Below are positions 60,056 to 64,000 of a DNA stretch of 64,000 nucleotides, piece by piece. Below the pieces are notes generated by a model, which did no database searches, was not told the DNA's origin, and worked only from the letters and a program-made list of their open reading frames with translations. The stretch is from the human T2T-CHM13v2.0 reference genome, Homo sapiens: assembly GCF_009914755.1 (NCBI RefSeq), contig NC_060926.1, one strand, 5' to 3'. The first letter of the stretch is position 1, and each line of letters starts with the position of its first letter. Made by a program: the position numbers and the translations under genes.

Positions 60056-61362
60056 TTTGACGAAACTAGAAAAATTTAAGTCTGATCCTGCTCAGTACTA
60101 CAGTATGAGTGTATGACCCTGAAGAGATCAGTTTATCTATATGGTCCTCATTTTATGTATCTGCCTATTGTGAAGGCTGCACAATGATTTTCAATTACAT
60201 AATTCTCTGACTTTTATAAGTCATATATAAGGCCCTGGGGATTGTACAATTCTCTAGATCCCAGAAGTAAATCTCTTGAGAAAGTAGCTTGTTATGTACT
60301 AAAGACTTATCCAAGAAGCAGATTACCATACTCTTATGGTCTGTCTTGAAGGGTACATTTTATATAATTATTTATATGTCTACTTAATGAAAAGCCACAC
60401 CCAAGTAATTATATTTCCAGTTGTAATTATGTCTTAAGCCCATGGAAATATTTGGCCAGCAATAGAGATTTTTTAATATAATTTGTATATTGACATCTGC
60501 TCTTTAACGCTTCAAAGAAAAAGAGTGGTTAAGAATGGAATACATATCCATTGAATGGGCTGCCCATTCACGACTCAGCTCATGGAACTAACAATGGATT
60601 AAGCATTAGTATGAAGACCTTATTCCCTTTCAGATTCCCATTTCCTTCTTCTAAGATGCTAATGAAGAAAATTCACCCTTGTTAAAATTCTAACTACCCT
60701 AAATATATTTCTTCAGAGATTAAATAGAATTCAGTGGCATTGGCTTCATCATTGTAACTATAAATATTAATATTTTGTCTTTCAAGTTTGCTGAGCATGT
60801 ATAATCTAGTGAAATCTAAGTGATTTTTAAAAATTATTATTGATTTTTGAGAAGGCAGCTGAGCTTTGCCACCAGCAATGCAATCTTACTGCATTTAACA
60901 CATACAATAAGATGTAAGTAATGTATACATGAAACATTTCAAAGAAATGAATAGCTAGTATCCCACTAAGCTTCCGCTTGTCACAATCTCTTTCCAGAAG
61001 GGTTATAAATGTTAGCAATAAGAAAGCTAACTGTTTCTGTGTCCTCAGTAACACATTCTAGTCTGTCACACAACATATGAGCAAAGAATCAGCAGAGATG
61101 GATGATGAATGATCAAATTAAAATCCTTCACACTCTTAGAGCAAATATTTCTCATGCTGACCATTTATCCATTTACTATTCTTTTGCAAAAACTACTGTA
61201 CCCTAGAAGTCTGAATCCAAATTTGCAAAAAGTTTCCAAGCTTAGAAAATGATTTTTAGCTCTCATTTATTCCCAGCATCTACAGAAAAATAGATAAATT
61301 ATAAAGTCTTATTATTAGTAACTTCATGGATGTTATCTAGAATCAGTCATGAGCTAAATTGG

Positions 61363-61363
<1 letters not shown>

Positions 61364-61403
<40 letters not shown>
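61364..61403. repeat. (CA)n microsatellite
   Basis: About 20 CA units, seen directly. Confidence 0.98.
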
Positions 61404-61407
<4 letters not shown>

Positions 61408-61999
61408 TCTTATGATGGATGTAACATGAGACCAGAAAATATAGATAACATAATCAGTCTCTCGCAAATGGATTCAGAATTTACATGTGATGGGATCTCA
61501 TGCGTTTCCAGGCAAGAGATCAGGTACAGCTAAAAACATAGGTTTGTTGAGAGTAGGCAGATACCTATTGATACTCATATTCTGAAACATAAATTGGTAT
61601 AGTGAATATAGCATTTTCATTTTATTCAACGTGAGATCACTTATATTACTTTAGTTAGCTTTTCGGGCATCTCGACATTAATTATATTTAAAATTGATAA
61701 AGATATGATATTATGGATGCAAATAAGTCTCCTAGCACACCTTACTTCCTGAAGGTCTAGCATAACCTAAATAAAGGTAGAAAATGAAAATATGAGGTAG
61801 CAAAAGTACTGTTACTGCATACATCAAATCAGATGACTGCTTGGGGAAAAGTACCACAGTGTCTCAAGCTCATTTGAAAGGAGCAGCTTTTGAGCCATTT
61901 TTATGTCAACTACCGACCCTGAATTTATATCATCATGGAAATATTAAAATTCTTCTGTTTTTTAAGTTAAATTTTTGTTATAAAATTATTTTCACTTTT

Positions 62000-62880
62000 A
62001 ACTAGCATTAAAAAGCTTGTGTAAGGTCGGTATAAACATTTCACAGAATAATCAAATGAGCAGTCATTCAATTATTGACAATATAAAAAATGGAAATTTA
62101 CTGCAGTCTTTAAAGTATCCTGTATATGCCTCTTGCATTCTATCCATTATCCTTTTCCCTGTATTAATACTAGCCTCAGTCACTTACATGTTGAAAACAC
62201 TTTTGTCCAAATTCATATTTTCCACCCTTCCTTTATTGAATTTTTAAATCAAAATAAGATGTTAATTCTTCTAAATTTGAGTTCTTATTTTTTAGAGTAT
62301 ATATGTATTATAGCTTGTTAGATCATTCCTTACACTAAAAATATGAAAATACTCTTCCTAAATTTTCTTTGAAATGTTTACATATTTGCCTTTGAATGGA
62401 TTTGAAATTTATTTTTAAGTATGGTGTGAGAAAGATACCTGTTTTAACTTTTTTCTTATGAATAACCAAGTGTCACAGCATTATTTACTCAATACCTTTT
62501 TAGAACACCACCTTCATCATATATTGGGTTTGAATGTAGGCACATATTTATTTACGGCTTATCTGTTTTGCTCTACTTTTCTATTTTTTTCTAACCCTAT
62601 ACCAACACATTGCTGTTTTAATTACTATACCTAAATATTTTGAAACAAGGTAGAGTAATACTCTCAACTTGGTTCTTCATCCTTAAGAGAGTCTTTGCTA
62701 TTCTTGTTGTTTTACACTTCCATGTAAACTTTAAAATTTAAAAAAATGAAGACTGGCTAAAGATTTGAGTGGAATTTGGGGAAGTATACAAATTATCTTC
62801 TGGAAAATTTACCTTTGTTATAATATAGTATTGGGGGATGTTAATATTAAATGATGTGTTTATATTTATTCAAATATCAT
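62000..62880 (-). mobile_element. Degenerate L1ME ORF2 fragment
   Basis: 'ttttaagtatggtgtgag', 'ataaccaagtgtcacagcattattta', 'ttgctgttttaattactata', 'cttccatgtaaactttaaaat'. Confidence 0.65.
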
Positions 62881-63029
62881 TGACCCCTAAGACAAATAGC
62901 CACCCTTAAACAATAAAAATGAATAAATAAATATCTTGTTACTCAGAGTTGTCATGTCTATGAATTATTTCCTCACAAATATTTTTAGTAAAAAGAGACA
63001 CTATTACTTTTTAGAAGAGGCACTATATA

Positions 63030-63235
63030 TTACATACAGTGTTGTCATCTAATCCTCACAATAACTCTGAAAATATGTATTATTGAGTACCTGTTACAGA
63101 GGAAACATTTGAATGTCAATACAGTAAATAATATTCTCAGAGTCAGTAAATGAATAAGTGATGTGGTGTCATAATTGAGTATGGAATACATACTAAAGGC
63201 CATTCTGATCCCATATCTAAATCAGAAGTTCTTTA
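63030..63235 (-). mobile_element. MIR
   Basis: 'tcatctaatcctcacaataactctga...tattatt...ttacagaggaaac'. Confidence 0.6.
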
Positions 63236-64000
63236 CAGCTTTCAGATTAACAGAATCAGGTACCTATTAATTGTTAACAATAGTAAAAGGCCAGTCCTTA
63301 ATTTTTCCTTCAAGTGTGTTATTGTTTAGAAGTCTAAATATAACTTTTCTAGATGTATATTAATATTGTTTATTACACACTATTAATATACAGATATTGA
63401 TTCATATGTTTAATATGCTTTTCTAATTCTATGTTAATATTGATATCTAAAATTAATTAACAGAAACTGTGTATTTCAAGAAGCCAGTAACACTTTGCTA
63501 AAGTGAAATGCCTTTTGTGTAGCATACTCCCTTCTGACAGAAAGAGAAGCAGCTAAAGAAACAGTATGTTTGGGAAAATATATTTTGTGATTCTTTTCCA
63601 GTGCTTATATTTTATCAGTCCATAACAGTATACCAGGCTACAAAGAAAGGTAATTTTTTAAAACTCCGTTAGACAATGATTTTCAAATTATTTTCTTAAA
63701 ACTCATCATTGTAATATGTAGGATACTGTACATCTTTGATTCCATAGTTGATTTAGGTTTTTGCCTAAATGAATACATTAGGTAGTAGAAGAAGTTGGTA
63801 ATTATTACAGGTGAAAAATTTCTTCCCATCAAAAATGGGCTAGGGTATAGCTGGTATCATTTATCAATGTAGTGAATAACTTTGTAGATAGCTTTCACCA
63901 CAATTGTAGAAGGTGGTAGACTGCCCATCATAATGCTAAAATTCATGAAAAATATTACAAACCAACACACCAAAAATTCAAGAATTGTCACTAAGTACCT

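Overview
Primate (human-like) AT-rich, repeat-dense genomic DNA, either intergenic or deep intronic. I can support no protein-coding exon, RNA gene or CpG island. The ORFs in the track that resemble known proteins are LINE-1 ORF2 remnants, Alu read-throughs or decayed pieces of an older LINE. The window is layered with old L1M elements, L1PA/L1PB insertions (two 5'-inverted), about 11 Alus, MaLR/ERVL/ERV1 solo LTRs, MIRs, a Tigger/MADE1 pair and a ~1.7 kb TA-rich island. Five signals stand out. (1) The TA island contains near-exact copies of unique flanking DNA from ~1 kb upstream (direct) and ~4.4 kb downstream (inverted), and its internal arrays are mutually inverted. (2) A ~65 bp locally templated patch sits at the 5' junction of an L1MA. 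(3) There is a candidate L1 3' transduction. (4) One twin-primed L1 inversion is exact to the base. (5) A long, decayed RTE-X/L4- or CR1-like reverse-transcriptase fossil is split by younger insertions. Repeat subfamily names and old-element boundaries are by-eye estimates and need RepeatMasker/Dfam confirmation. I found no evidence for a new gene-encoded system; the novelty candidates are DNA-repair and retrotransposition scars.
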